Origin: Kofleriaceae bacterium
Lineage (GTDB): Bacteria > Myxococcota_A > Polyangia > Haliangiales > Haliangiaceae
Assembly (NCBI GenBank): GCA_046597055.1
Contig: JBKJLC010000057.1
Location: 1-61,486 of the forward strand
Reading direction: 5' to 3'
DNA length: 61,486 nucleotides
In this document: piece by piece, positions 50,086 through 60,157 of the stretch
Layout of the letters: each line of letters begins with the position of its first letter
Numbering within the stretch: the first letter of the stretch is position 1
Notes under the pieces: model-generated
What the model saw: the letters and a program-made list of their open reading frames with translations, nothing else
What the model was told of the DNA's origin: nothing
Database searches by the model: none
Program-made: the position numbers and the translations under genes

Positions 50086-50610
50086 TCAGGGCTGCCAGAA
50101 CAGGCGCGCACCCGGGTGGTTCGTGACGTTGCCATGGAAGTCCTCGACGGTGCCGGTCCAGGCCAGCGACACCGAGGCAGGGTTCCAGCCCGACGGGCAG
50201 GAGTCGGCGTACTCGCGCAGGCGCACGAACCGGCCGACCCACGCGCCGTTCTTGACCGTGCTGCCGACCCCGCCGGCCTGGGTTTCGGTCTTCGGCGTGT
50301 GGTGGCCGTACTTGACCTGCGCCACCCCGCCGCTCTCGCAGTAGGTGGTGGTCGAGAACGACAGCGTCGCGGTCCGAGTCCCGCCGTCGTCCGTGCCGGC
50401 GGTGATGATGAAGGTGTACTCGTCGAGGGTCGGGACTCGCTGCGTGAACGACTCCAGCGACAGCTGCTGGTAGGTCTCGTGCTTGTAGATCGCCGCCCAC
50501 GCGGTCGGCCGCGTGCTGTCGAACACCGGAACCACGACATCAAAGAAGAAATCACACCCAGTCAGCGCCGACGCGAGGCCGGCGGCCACTACGAAACGAC
50601 CAAATCTCAT
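50086..50610 (-). CDS. Hypothetical lipoprotein
   Basis: AAGGAG RBS; MRFGRFVVAAGLASALTGC lipobox. Confidence 0.75.
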   Translation of the reverse strand: MRFGRFVVAAGLASALTGCDFFFDVVVPVFDSTRPTAWAAIYKHETYQQLSLESFTQRVPTLDEYTFIITAGTDDGGTRTATLSFSTTTYCESGGVAQVKYGHHTPKTETQAGGVGSTVKNGAWVGRFVRLREYADSCPSGWNPASVSLAWTGTVEDFHGNVTNHPGARLFWQP

Positions 50611-50635
50611 GGGCAACTCCTTGTGAACCCTGGGG

Positions 50636-50651
50636 AGCAAGCCGCGTACCG
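50636..50651 (-). promoter_or_regulatory. sigma54 -24/-12 promoter
   Basis: Minus strand CGGTACGCGGCTTGCT. Confidence 0.72.
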
Positions 50652-51045
50652 CCGCGCGATGCCGGTGGATCGGCCAGTTGCCGGCGCGATGTTTCCGGTC
50701 GGACAACGTACGGCGAGGACCGTGTTGCCGTCGCGGCAACACGCAGGTCCGCACGGCGCGATCGCGAACCCCAGCAGCGGCGGATCCGGGAACCGGCCAG
50801 CGTCGGTCACAGCCAACCCCGACGACACCGCGCAGCGACGATCGGAGCGCTGGTTCAATCGCAGATGCCACGGCTACGCCCACGCTCGACCTCGCTCTCT
50901 GGATCGCCTCCCTTGCATCCGCCGCCGGCGCGCCAGTCGAACTCGATGCCTTGGCCGCGCCCGCCAGGCGACGGCTTCTCGGGCGGGGCCGCGGGGCCAT
51001 CATTCCTGGACGATTGCCGGGGGCGACAGCCCAGTCGGCGCGGCG

Positions 51046-52178
51046 TCAGGGATGGCGCTTGCGCCACGTCTTGAACTCGGGCGTCCCGATGAAGCCGGCG
51101 GCGTTGGGCATGGCACCCAGTTGCTCGTCAGACAGCTTCACCCCGAGGTTGCGCTCGAGCGCATCCAGCGTCGACAGCGCCGTCGACCACTGGCGTCGGG
51201 CCATGGCGACCCCGACCTTGACGAGCTGAGGCATCACGAGCGTCGGCTCGGCGTGCGCCGCCCGGTCGGCGCGCGCGGTCGCTGCCGCGAGGTCGTCAGG
51301 CCCCTGGCGCGCCACCAGCAGGCTGGCGCGGACCGCGTCGAGGAACGGATCGCCGCCGATCGCGGCGTCGAGGACATCGACCTGACGCAGCGCCTCGGTG
51401 AGGTCGCCGCGCCCGACGGCGCGGTTCAGGGACGTGAGCGGCGTCGGCTTGTCGTCGGAGAACCGGCGCGCTTGCTCCATGATCGCCTGACCGTGCGCCT
51501 CGCTCGAGATCCGACCTGCGATCGCCACCCGCAGGCGCTGCATCGGGCGCGTGTCGCGAACCACTAACGGCAACGAGTCCAGGTCCGCCAGCGCGTCCGC
51601 ATGCTTGCCCTCGTCGTCCAGCGCATTGATCCGTTGCACGGTCCGCGCGACGCTCGGGTCGTCGGTGCCGGGAACCTGCAGCGTGGCGGCGATGTCCTCG
51701 GAGATCCAGGTCCCGTTGTTGTGGGAGTAGACGTCGAGGATACGAGGCTCGTTCGCGCCACCCCTGACGCGGAGGTCGAAGTAACCGAAGCCGTTATCTG
51801 ACACCTTGCGAAACACGGTTCGTTCCTCGCCATCCGTCGCGCGGACCCGGAGCACGCGCAGATCGACCGCCGCGTCGACCCACGCGCAGAACTTGGTCGC
51901 GGCCACCGAACCGAACAACTCGACCAGCGCACCTCGGTGTCGTGCCCCGGCGCGCGCGTCTGCACGAGCTGCACGAAGCCCTCGCGGTCGAACAGCGCCG
52001 CGACCTTCGCCACGTCGCATGGCATGGCGACCGCCTGGAGCCGGGCGGCCACGGTCCGGAGGCCGGCCACGTCGCTCGCGCGCGCAGCGAGGCCAGGCGG
52101 CGGCAGCGGCGCTGGTGACGACGCCTGACCCGAACAGGCCGCGACCATCGACACCGCCGCCAGCACCGGAACACGCAT
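51046..52178 (-). pseudogene. Frameshifted lipoprotein gene with TPR-like C-terminus
   Basis: Signal peptide MRVPVLAAVSMVAAC in one frame; protein-like reading continues in another frame from about 51932 (ALVELFGS...). Confidence 0.65.
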
Positions 52179-52357
52179 CCCCAAGGTATCGGACGATGCA
52201 TGGCGGGACTCATAGCTCCGGAAGGCCTCTTCTCTGGACCAAGCGCCATCGTCTACGCCGACCGAGGTCTTCAACGATCCGGAGCGCGTCTACCTCGACC
52301 TCGCTGACGCGACGCCCGCCGAGCCGCGACGCCGTAGCGGCGCTAGACTCGCCGGCC

Positions 52358-52915
52358 ATGGGACTCCTCACCTTTGGCCTCAACCTCACCCTGGACGGTT
52401 GCGTCGACCACCAGGAGGTGATCGCGGACGACGAGACGCACGCCTTCTTCACCCGTCTCATGGACGAGGGCGGGGCGATGCTGTGGGGTCGCGTCACCTA
52501 CGAGATGATGGAGAGCTACTGGCCGGCCGTCGCCCACGGCGACGAGGAGGCGCCACCCGCCATGCGCGAGTGGGCGGTCAAGCTGGAGGCCAAGCCCAAG
52601 TACGTGGTGTCGTCGACGCGCAAGGACTTCCCGTGGACCAATAGCCACCACATCGCCGGCGATCTGCGCGAGGGCGTGCAGAAGCTCAAGGACGCGACCG
52701 CGGCCGGGGTGCTCCTCGGAAGCGGCAAGCTCGCGACCGAGCTCGACCGGCTCGACCTGATCGACGAGTACAAGCTGCTCGTCCATCCCAGGATCGCCGG
52801 CCACGGCCCGACGCTGTACCAGGGCGGGCTACCCGCCACGCGCCAGCTCGAGCTGCTCTCGGCGAAGCCGCTCCACAACGGCGCGGTGGCCATGCACTAC
52901 CGCCGCGCGCGCTGA
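52358..52915 (+). CDS. Dihydrofolate reductase/RibD C-terminal family protein
   Basis: NLTLDGC, LWGRVTYEMM, KYVVSST, DLIDEYKLLVHPRIAGHG. Confidence 0.92.
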   Translation: MGLLTFGLNLTLDGCVDHQEVIADDETHAFFTRLMDEGGAMLWGRVTYEMMESYWPAVAHGDEEAPPAMREWAVKLEAKPKYVVSSTRKDFPWTNSHHIAGDLREGVQKLKDATAAGVLLGSGKLATELDRLDLIDEYKLLVHPRIAGHGPTLYQGGLPATRQLELLSAKPLHNGAVAMHYRRAR

Positions 52916-52984
52916 ATCAAAGGAGTGGCATCGGCGACCAGCTCACCAGCCAGCGCGGCGTCCGCCTCGAGCTCGCCGCGCAGC

Positions 52985-53160
52985 ACACCTCTGCTGCGAG
53001 CGCACCATGTACCGCATCCTCGCCGCGCTCGACGAGGTCCGCGAGCGCCGCGCCCAGCTCCGCCACCCCCACGACGCCGCGCCCGAGCTGCTCGCGACCG
53101 GGCCGAAGCGGCGCTGGGCGTGGGACATCACCAAGCTCCAGGGGCCGACGACCTGGTCGG
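52985..53160 (+). mobile_element. IS3-family transposase fragment
   Basis: HLCCERTMYRILAALDEVRERRAQLRHP...PELLATGPKRRWAWDITKLQGP, truncated after the first catalytic Asp. Confidence 0.82.
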
Positions 53161-53177
53161 GTACCGACGTGACCTGT

Positions 53178-55571
53178 TTACCGGCGAATGTCCTGCGGCG
53201 CGCTGGTGGTGTCGACGAAGAGGACAGCGTCGAACTGACGCGAGAGGTAGAACACGCCTTCCATGTTGATATCGGTCGTGTAGGTCGCGCCGATGTCCCG
53301 GGTGAAGTGCGGCGCGTCGAACCACGCGCGGACGACGCCCTTCGGTGCGCGCCGCAGGTCGAGCGCAAAGAGCGGGATGGCGGCACGCGCGAGCGTCGCG
53401 CCCAGGCCGCCCTTGGACTCCGGCCCGACGGTGTGGAGCCGCTTGCCGTCCGGCGACGAGGCCCGGAATCCGCCCTGGTTCCACAGGAAACCGATGCTCA
53501 GGTAGGCGCGGCCATAGCGCTTCGCCGTGCGCTCGCCCACCGACGTCCAGCCATCGTAGCCGGTGCGCGAGATGTGGCCGTTATGGGCCCAGAAGACGAC
53601 GCGCGCGCCGGGCTCGGCCGTCTCGACGATCCAGGCGATGTTCTCGGCCATGCCCTTGTCTCGGGTCACATAGCCGGCCTCTCCTGGCGGCGGATCGAGG
53701 AGGAGCTCGTGCTGGCGGAGCACGTTCACGTGCTGGCGCGCGAGCATGTGCTCGCGCGCCGACGACGTTTTTGCGTAGCGCACTCGCTCGCGGTCGAAGC
53801 GGACGAGGAGCGCGGCGATGCCGTCGCGGATTCCCTTGCGTTGCACGGCGGGCAGCGCGCGATATGCGGTGTCCAGCAGATCGGCGCCGAGCGGGGCGAG
53901 CAACGCCGCGACCCGCTTCGCCTCGTCCGGGTCGACGCGCTGGAGGTAGGCGAGCGCGGCGGCGTAGGTGCGCGCCGACTCCTGGACGTCGACGCCGTAG
54001 ACGCGAAGCTTGGTGGTATGCGCCGGGTCGGCGTTCCACGTCCGCATCCACTCGATCATCGCCCGCACTTCCTCGGTCTTCCAGATGCCGAAGATGCTGG
54101 CCAGCGCCGCGTCCATGTCGCCCTTGCCGTCGACGACGTAGTCGTTCAGTGTCGTCACCTCGCCATACTGGCTCTCGATCGCGAACACCGAGAAGCCGTG
54201 GCGCATGACGAGGTACTCGAGCATGCGGTGCTTGAGCTGTGAGAACTCGCGCGTGCCGTGGGTCGCTTCGCCCACGGCCACGATCCGCGCCTTGCCGATG
54301 GCGGGCGCGAAGCCGTCGAGATCGTCGACGCCGCGTCCCGCCTCGGCGGTGGCGAGCGGCACGGCGTTCGACTTCACCCAGTCGACGACCGCGGCGGGGG
54401 CGTCGACCGCGAGCTCGACACGCGGCGCGAAGCGCAGGTCGAGCCGGCGATTCTTCGCGAGGTCGAACGACGCCGGCGGCGCGGTGAGGCCATCGACGCC
54501 AAGCACGCGCTGCGTGTAGTGCCCCGGTGGCAGGGCGATCTGGTAGGCGCCCTTGGCATCGGACTCGACGAGGAACAGGGGCATCGACCCGCCGGGCCGC
54601 ATCTCGCTCACGCCGGCGAGCACGCCGGCGACCGGCTTGCCGCCCAGCGAGCGCACGCGTCCCGAGACCACGTGCGCCCGTCCACCCGCGCGCACCTCGA
54701 GCCCCCTCACGGCGGCGAGCGGCGCGACCTTCACCTCGGAACGCACACCGGCGGCCACCGTCGGGCTCGTGGCGACGATGTCGTAGGCCCATCCGCTAGG
54801 TGGCACGCGGAGCTCGAAGCTGCCGTCGGAGGCCGTGGTCACGGCGTCACCAGCCAGGACGGGCCGATCGTCGGTCGGCTGGCTCGCGCGTATGGTCATG
54901 CCGGGCAGCGGTTGCTTGTCGCCGTCGACGACGACGCCCGCGACCGTCACCGGCGCGCGAAACTCCTCGTCGGTGATCGCGCCCTCGCGCGTGATCGCGA
55001 GATCGTCGAGCCACACGTCGCCACTTCCGACGACGAGCGACCCGCAGAGCACGGCGTCCGTCGAAGGCGGGGCGATCACGCGCACCGTGACCCGCGTCCA
55101 CCCAGTCGTGCCCGTGACCGGGCGGTCCTCCATGTTGTCGAAGCTGAGCATCGCGCGCTCCGGGCCGTCGACGCGGCACCAGAGTCCGGCCCAGCCCGAC
55201 GAGAGCTCCGTCCGCAGCCACGCGGAGACCGCGAGGCGATGGCCGCGCGCCTCGGCCAGCGGCATGGCGCCCTGGGTCGCGACGAAGCCCCCCGACGTCG
55301 ATGCGGCCCGCAGTCGCAGGCTCTGTCGACCGCCGTGCGCCACGCTGGCATCCACGCTCATCGCGTCGCTGCTGTTGCGCATCGTCCATGTCGTCGTGTC
55401 GAGCGGCGCCTCGAAGTCAAAGGCGAGCGGATCGTCCGCGATTGGCGCGACCGCCGTTCCGGGCGTCACCGGCCTGACCTCCGGTGGCACGACCGCTCGT
55501 GCCGCACCGCCACCACGACCGCCGCCGCACGCGACGAGCGCCAGGACACTACCGGCGAGCCATTGATTCAT
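53178..55571 (-). CDS. Erythromycin esterase family lipoprotein with N-terminal CBM-like and carboxypeptidase-regulatory-like domains
   Basis: Lipobox LVAC; GWAGLWCRVDG...FDNM; VGEATHGTREF, RDKGMAEN, FWAHNGHI, FDAVLFVD. Confidence 0.9.
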   Translation of the reverse strand: MNQWLAGSVLALVACGGGRGGGAARAVVPPEVRPVTPGTAVAPIADDPLAFDFEAPLDTTTWTMRNSSDAMSVDASVAHGGRQSLRLRAASTSGGFVATQGAMPLAEARGHRLAVSAWLRTELSSGWAGLWCRVDGPERAMLSFDNMEDRPVTGTTGWTRVTVRVIAPPSTDAVLCGSLVVGSGDVWLDDLAITREGAITDEEFRAPVTVAGVVVDGDKQPLPGMTIRASQPTDDRPVLAGDAVTTASDGSFELRVPPSGWAYDIVATSPTVAAGVRSEVKVAPLAAVRGLEVRAGGRAHVVSGRVRSLGGKPVAGVLAGVSEMRPGGSMPLFLVESDAKGAYQIALPPGHYTQRVLGVDGLTAPPASFDLAKNRRLDLRFAPRVELAVDAPAAVVDWVKSNAVPLATAEAGRGVDDLDGFAPAIGKARIVAVGEATHGTREFSQLKHRMLEYLVMRHGFSVFAIESQYGEVTTLNDYVVDGKGDMDAALASIFGIWKTEEVRAMIEWMRTWNADPAHTTKLRVYGVDVQESARTYAAALAYLQRVDPDEAKRVAALLAPLGADLLDTAYRALPAVQRKGIRDGIAALLVRFDRERVRYAKTSSAREHMLARQHVNVLRQHELLLDPPPGEAGYVTRDKGMAENIAWIVETAEPGARVVFWAHNGHISRTGYDGWTSVGERTAKRYGRAYLSIGFLWNQGGFRASSPDGKRLHTVGPESKGGLGATLARAAIPLFALDLRRAPKGVVRAWFDAPHFTRDIGATYTTDINMEGVFYLSRQFDAVLFVDTTSAPQDIRR

Positions 55572-55603
55572 GCCGCATCTAACCGCCTCTGCGCGCCGCC
55601 GTC

Positions 55604-55993
55604 TGTTGACGGCAGCCAGTTCGCGTCGAATCTGACACCGACCCGGTCATGGGCGCTTGCGATGTGAGCGGCTGGGCCTGGGCGGGGGCCGGTCGGGATC
55701 GAGCCGTGCTTGTCGCGCCACGACTCGCCGACAATCTCGAGGCGGTGGCAGTGCTGGGCGAAGCGGTCGACCCGGGCGACGACGCAGGCCGCGCCGGGGA
55801 ACCCCGCGCCCCACGGCTTGAAGGCGAGATTGGTCGTGATGACGGGGGAGCATTGCTCGTGGCGGCGGCTGATGGTTTCTCCGCGTGGCTCCCCACGCGG
55901 ATCGTCGCAACCGGGCTGGGGGAGCAGAGAGCCCGACCGCCGTGGTAACGAGCACCTCGCACCGGTGCGGTCGTGGTCAACCCGATGTCAACA
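55604..55993 (-). mobile_element. Internally deleted IS21-family element (390 bp)
   Basis: Ends TGTTGAC and GTCAACA; CGTC direct repeat at 55600-55603 and 55994-55997; IstB C-terminal remnant ISRRHEQ..ITTNLAFKPW...VDRFAQHCHRLEIVGESWR. Confidence 0.85.
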
Positions 55994-55996
55994 CGT

Positions 55997-56018
55997 CCCG
56001 ACCCGATGGTTAACAGCC
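55997..56018 (-). other. Degenerate tRNA-Asn fragment (att-like relic)
   Basis: CCCGACCCGATGGTTAACAGCC is 20/22 identical to the reverse complement of the tRNA-Asn anticodon-to-variable region. Confidence 0.65.
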
Positions 56019-56136
56019 TCTCCTGTTTGGCTGAAATCATTTCCAGCACCACCACGCTAGCCGCCTTTCCTCATTCGCAAACAACTCCGGCTCCGGCCGC
56101 GAGTGGCCGACAGCCGCTGCGAACGAGGAGACCTCA

Positions 56137-56784
56137 ATGCCTAACTGTTGCCGCGCCGCCGTCTTGGCGGTGATGTCCGTCCTGTCCACCACCGCCATCG
56201 GCTGTTACCGCACGCGCCACCACCCACCGCCGTCCGTCCCCGCGAGCATCGCGCCGAACATCGTCGTCGAGGGAACCCCTGGGCCGGGACTCACGCGGGT
56301 CGTGCTCGACGTCGCCGACGGCCCCGCGCTGGTCGAGCGGGTGCAGGGAGGGAGCCTCGCCGGCGCTGCGGGCAGTTCCACCTTCGGCGCCTCGCTCAGC
56401 CTGTCGCGCAACGTGTGCGTGACTCCCTGCGTGTTCGACACCGCGCCGGGCGTCTACGAGCTCCGCTTCACCTCGCTGAGCAACCGGTCGCGAACGAGCC
56501 GGGGCTTCATCAACGTGGGGCTGGAGCGGACCGCATACCGCCACGCTCTCGGCACTCGCCGTAACAAGGCCTGGAAGGGCTTCGTTGGCTGGCCAATCGT
56601 CGGTGTTGGCGGGCTGGTCGGGCTCGCCTCGCTGGGGATGAACGACCGCGAGTTCTATTCCGGCGCCGACCAGGTACGCGGGCTGGCGGTCGGCGCCGGT
56701 CTGACCATCCTCGGCGCATGGCTGGTCCATGGCGCGGTGATCGACGACCAGCCCGGCAGCGGCGCACAGTGGCTCGTGAAGTGA
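56137..56784 (+). CDS. Hypothetical membrane lipoprotein
   Basis: GAGGAG RBS; AIGC lipobox; CVTPC motif; two C-terminal TM helices. Confidence 0.75.
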   Translation: MPNCCRAAVLAVMSVLSTTAIGCYRTRHHPPPSVPASIAPNIVVEGTPGPGLTRVVLDVADGPALVERVQGGSLAGAAGSSTFGASLSLSRNVCVTPCVFDTAPGVYELRFTSLSNRSRTSRGFINVGLERTAYRHALGTRRNKAWKGFVGWPIVGVGGLVGLASLGMNDREFYSGADQVRGLAVGAGLTILGAWLVHGAVIDDQPGSGAQWLVK

Positions 56785-57315
56785 TCTACCCGAGTGGCAC
56801 CGCACTGTCCGCGCCGGCTGCCGGCGCCGACTCTCTGCGGCCCGCGCCCGACGTAGGCGGGCTGGCGACCGCGCTGCGGACCACGCCGGGCGCATTGACG
56901 ACCGCGCCGCGCCACCCTGGTCTTGCTCGACCTGGGCGGGGAGGGACAGCTGCGTGCCGCGGGGGGCCGACCTCGGCCACTCTGCCCGCCAGCAGCCGCT
57001 CGCGCTGCGGCTGAAAGACCGCAGCTCAGGCGATCGACGTAGGGCGAGGTGAGGGAGATCCGCTTGGACATCCAAGCGGCCTCCAGCACCGCCCAGCGCG
57101 CGGCCCCCGATCCAGCAGCAGCCGCGCCCGCTACGCGTGGCCGCACCCGCCAACCTGGCGCCAGCGCTCGCGATCGTCCGCAGGCCGCCGCGGACACCGA
57201 GGCCGCCTCGTCAACTCCGCGATTTCGCCCCGGAAACCTGCGACCTGTCTCTTGACACCATCGCGCGGCTGCGGCACACATACGGTCCTCCAGGAACTGC
57301 CACGTCCTGGGTTCT

Positions 57316-57390
57316 TCCGAAGTAGCTCAGTGGTAGAGCAGGCGGCTGTTAACCGCCGGGTCGGGGGTTCGAACCCCTCCTTCGGAGCCA
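57316..57390 (+). tRNA. tRNA-Asn (GTT)
   Basis: Acceptor TCCGAAG/CTTCGGA-G-CCA, D-loop AGTGGTA, anticodon arm GGCGG-CTGTTAA-CCGCC, T-loop GGTTCGAACCC. Confidence 0.98.
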
Positions 57391-57483
57391 TCTGGATGAA
57401 GCGACGGTGCTCCTTCGGGCGCCGCCCTCTTCGGGGAGCGGGCGTAGAAGTGCCGAATCCAAAAGGGTTCTGATCCGCCGCGC

Positions 57484-57661
57484 CTTCCGGCAGCGTTAAC
57501 CACGGCGCCGCGGTGACCCTCTCTCAGCGCTCTCTGCCGCCGCTCTCGGGGAGAGAGCAGGTCGAGTGGTTAACAGAACAGAGAGCGTTTCACCTTCAGG
57601 GTGCGACGGCCCGCAAACAGTCCGTTTGGAGGGTGACCCCGTGGTTAACGAGGTTCGGAAG
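57484..57661. other. Nested inverted-repeat region, candidate structured ncRNA or recombination site
   Basis: 12-bp perfect IR 57494-57505/57639-57650 enclosing a 9-bp IR 57528-57536/57579-57587 and small hairpins. Confidence 0.4.
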
Positions 57662-58188
57662 CTGCTGTTATAACTCATCTTTTATTGACTGCTGGGGCGC
57701 TGGCGATGGTCGGACCTCGCTTGGCCGATGATGGCTAGTCGCCCGCCGCTGCGTTCGACCGGTTGAGGTCGAGGCGGCCCAGCGGGTTAGGCGAACGGCT
57801 ACTTCGGGGCGGGGCGGGCGACACTTGGGGCGCCTCCAATGCGTCTGCGGCGGACGTCGTGGCGACATGCTTGGCCTCTGGCGACTGCGCGGGCTTCGTG
57901 TCCCGGCGCTCGAACGGCTGCACGGTGAGGTTGCGCCCGGCGACCGCGGCACCCCAGACGCAGCGGATCAAGCTTGGTTTCGCAGTTGCGAACGCAGAAC
58001 CGTGCAGCTCAACGATGCCGACCTTCTGGTTCACTTCGTGCTGCGCCAGGCGCAGGCCGGCGTCGTTGTCCGCCGCCGAGACGACCCACCGACCGCTGAG
58101 CGGCCACTACGGAGCTGCGCGGCGCTCAGACGCGGTTGCAACTCGGTCCCTCGCGAATCGTTCGAGGGGAACGGGCTGGTCAGATTCG

Positions 58189-59496
58189 CTATGCCTCCTG
58201 CGCAGCGAAGTGCGAATCGACCACGAAACGCGCGTGCGCGACGGCTTGGCCGACGCTTCGGCCGGCGATGCCCTCGCCGACGAAAAAACATCTCCCAACA
58301 CCCTGCAGCGCCTCGATCCGCCCGTAGATGTTTTCGGCCACATCGGCGCAGCTAAAGTGCAAGTTGTGGTCCGTCCAACGCGCGACTCGCAAGGTCTCGG
58401 TGACCCGACCGCCCAAGCGCGCGACGTCTTCGGTCGCGGCCCGGACCAGGGCCTCGTCGTCGTGGCCATCGGTGAAGTGATAGAAGACGTAAACTTCCCC
58501 CGCCTGTTCATGCGCTCGGCGGGCGGGACGATCGTGGAAACAGGCCGTGTAGAAGCCCACGGGCCGCCCGACGTACCTCCGCGACAAGGCGTTCGGCGTG
58601 ATGAAATGCCACCTGGGACGCGGGCCCCAGCCGGTGACGCGGTGCCAGGTTTTGGCAAAATCTTGGGAGCGGACCCTCTGGAAGAGCGCACGCTCGTCGG
58701 CGCTCGCGTCCAGGATCGCCGGAACGTGCGTGGCCGGAAACGCGACAAAAGCTGCGTCGAACGTTTCACGCATCTCGCCCCCCCCGTCCTTATACCGCAC
58801 CTCGACTCCCGATCGACCGCGCGAAACCGAGGTCACCCGGCAGTTGAGCTTCCATCGGGCGGGCTCCAGTTCGGCGGCTACCCGGCGCCAGAGTTCCTGG
58901 AACCCTTCGCGGAAGTAGTACCGTCGCAGGATCGCCCGCCTCGTGGACACCGACGAGAGGACTCGCAAAAAGTTCCAGGTGGGGATGTCATCTTCGGCCA
59001 GGCTTTCGCTCGTCGCTGCCATGTTGCCCAGCACGAAGGTGCGTCCGGCCTCCGACAGGCCGACTTGCCCAAGCCAACGCGCCAGCGGAAGGCACAACTC
59101 CGGTCGCGCCCCGGCCATGGTCGGCTGCCGGAGCGCGGTCTTGAGCTGCCGCAGACTTCGCACCAGCTTCACAACGTCGCCCAGCGGTGGCCCCCACCGA
59201 CCCGTTGTTCGCCCCGTGTCCAACTCTCGGCCGGTGGCGAAGGGTTTGTGCAACGCGACAGTCAGCCCGTATCGGCGTCCCATCGCGAAGAGGTCGGCCG
59301 TGAGCGGAATCATCGCTCCGGCTTCCCAAATAACGCCGTGGCCGACGGCCACACTTTGGACCTGCCCGCCGACCTCGGCACCTGCGTCGAAAACGGTCAG
59401 CTGGCGGCTGCCGGCGCGGATCAGCGACTGGGCGGCGGTCAGTCCGGCCGGACCCGCTCCGAGCACGGCGATACGCAGATTTCGGGCGTCAAGCAT
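58189..59496 (-). CDS. FAD-dependent oxidoreductase, polyunsaturated fatty acid isomerase (PAI)-like
   Basis: RIAVLGAGPAGL, VGG, WEAGA; C-terminal RW...HF...YGRIEALQG...FFVGE...ARFVVDSHF. Confidence 0.8.
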   Translation of the reverse strand: MLDARNLRIAVLGAGPAGLTAAQSLIRAGSRQLTVFDAGAEVGGQVQSVAVGHGVIWEAGAMIPLTADLFAMGRRYGLTVALHKPFATGRELDTGRTTGRWGPPLGDVVKLVRSLRQLKTALRQPTMAGARPELCLPLARWLGQVGLSEAGRTFVLGNMAATSESLAEDDIPTWNFLRVLSSVSTRRAILRRYYFREGFQELWRRVAAELEPARWKLNCRVTSVSRGRSGVEVRYKDGGGEMRETFDAAFVAFPATHVPAILDASADERALFQRVRSQDFAKTWHRVTGWGPRPRWHFITPNALSRRYVGRPVGFYTACFHDRPARRAHEQAGEVYVFYHFTDGHDDEALVRAATEDVARLGGRVTETLRVARWTDHNLHFSCADVAENIYGRIEALQGVGRCFFVGEGIAGRSVGQAVAHARFVVDSHFAAQEA

Positions 59497-59918
59497 AAAC
59501 GCACGGTACGAGCCGATGCCTGACTGCGCCAGAGCGTTCTCACGCAAGTCGCGAGGCCGACCCCGATACCTGACCCTTGCGATCGGACCGCATGCTTGGT
59601 CCGGGTGAATCACGGACTACGCGCGCCCGCGTCGGCCAGCATGCCGCGGCAGAACCAGCCCGGGTATCCCGGTGGCTTCCCAGCTAACGCGACCCTGCGC
59701 GCCAGTGCTCATCGCGCTCGTTCCCGGCGCCCGCGCCGGCCATTGCCTTGCGGTCTGTACCGATGAGCTGCGGCGGGACTGGCGAACCCACGGTGGCTGC
59801 ACCGATGGTCGCCGCCGCTGGCTGATCGAGTTGCCATAGTGGCGGCATAACGGGCTGTTTCTTCGTCTCCGCAGCGCGATTTCGGCCACTTGACGGCGTC
59901 GAGATTTGCCGTTTTGTG

Positions 59919-59934
59919 TGGTACGCGCCGTGCT
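59919..59934 (+). promoter_or_regulatory. Possible sigma54 promoter for the prenyltransferase
   Basis: TGGTACGCGCCGTGCT. Confidence 0.5.
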
Positions 59935-60157
59935 GTTGGGCCTGTGGTGGACGTCGATCGAATCTTTCGCGCCGTGCTCGCGCTACAGCGCGCCGGCCTG
60001 AGCCGCTCTCACGCTCACCATGGCGAGGTTGCTACCCCGCACAACGCGGCCACCGGTGACCGTTGATGCGTCCGAGCCTTGCCGCGCCTATGGCGGCATC
60101 GGCAGCCACGGAGGTTCGCTCGACAAACTTCGCCGTCCCTGACCGAAAGAACTTTCC

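Noticed and set aside
57484..57661. Retron msr-msd or 6S RNA
   Set aside because: No reverse transcriptase nearby, and the fold is multibranched rather than a single rod with a central bubble; kept only as an unassigned structured element
55572..57800. Integron attC-like GTTRRRY sites (GTTAGAT before the esterase ATG, hairpin near 57004-57045, GTTAGGC at 57786)
   Set aside because: No matching RYYYAAC partner at attC-like spacing, no regular cassette array and no intI in the window
57735..58130. Small minus-strand ORF
   Set aside because: No recognisable family, in-frame stop upstream and no RBS; probably degraded sequence
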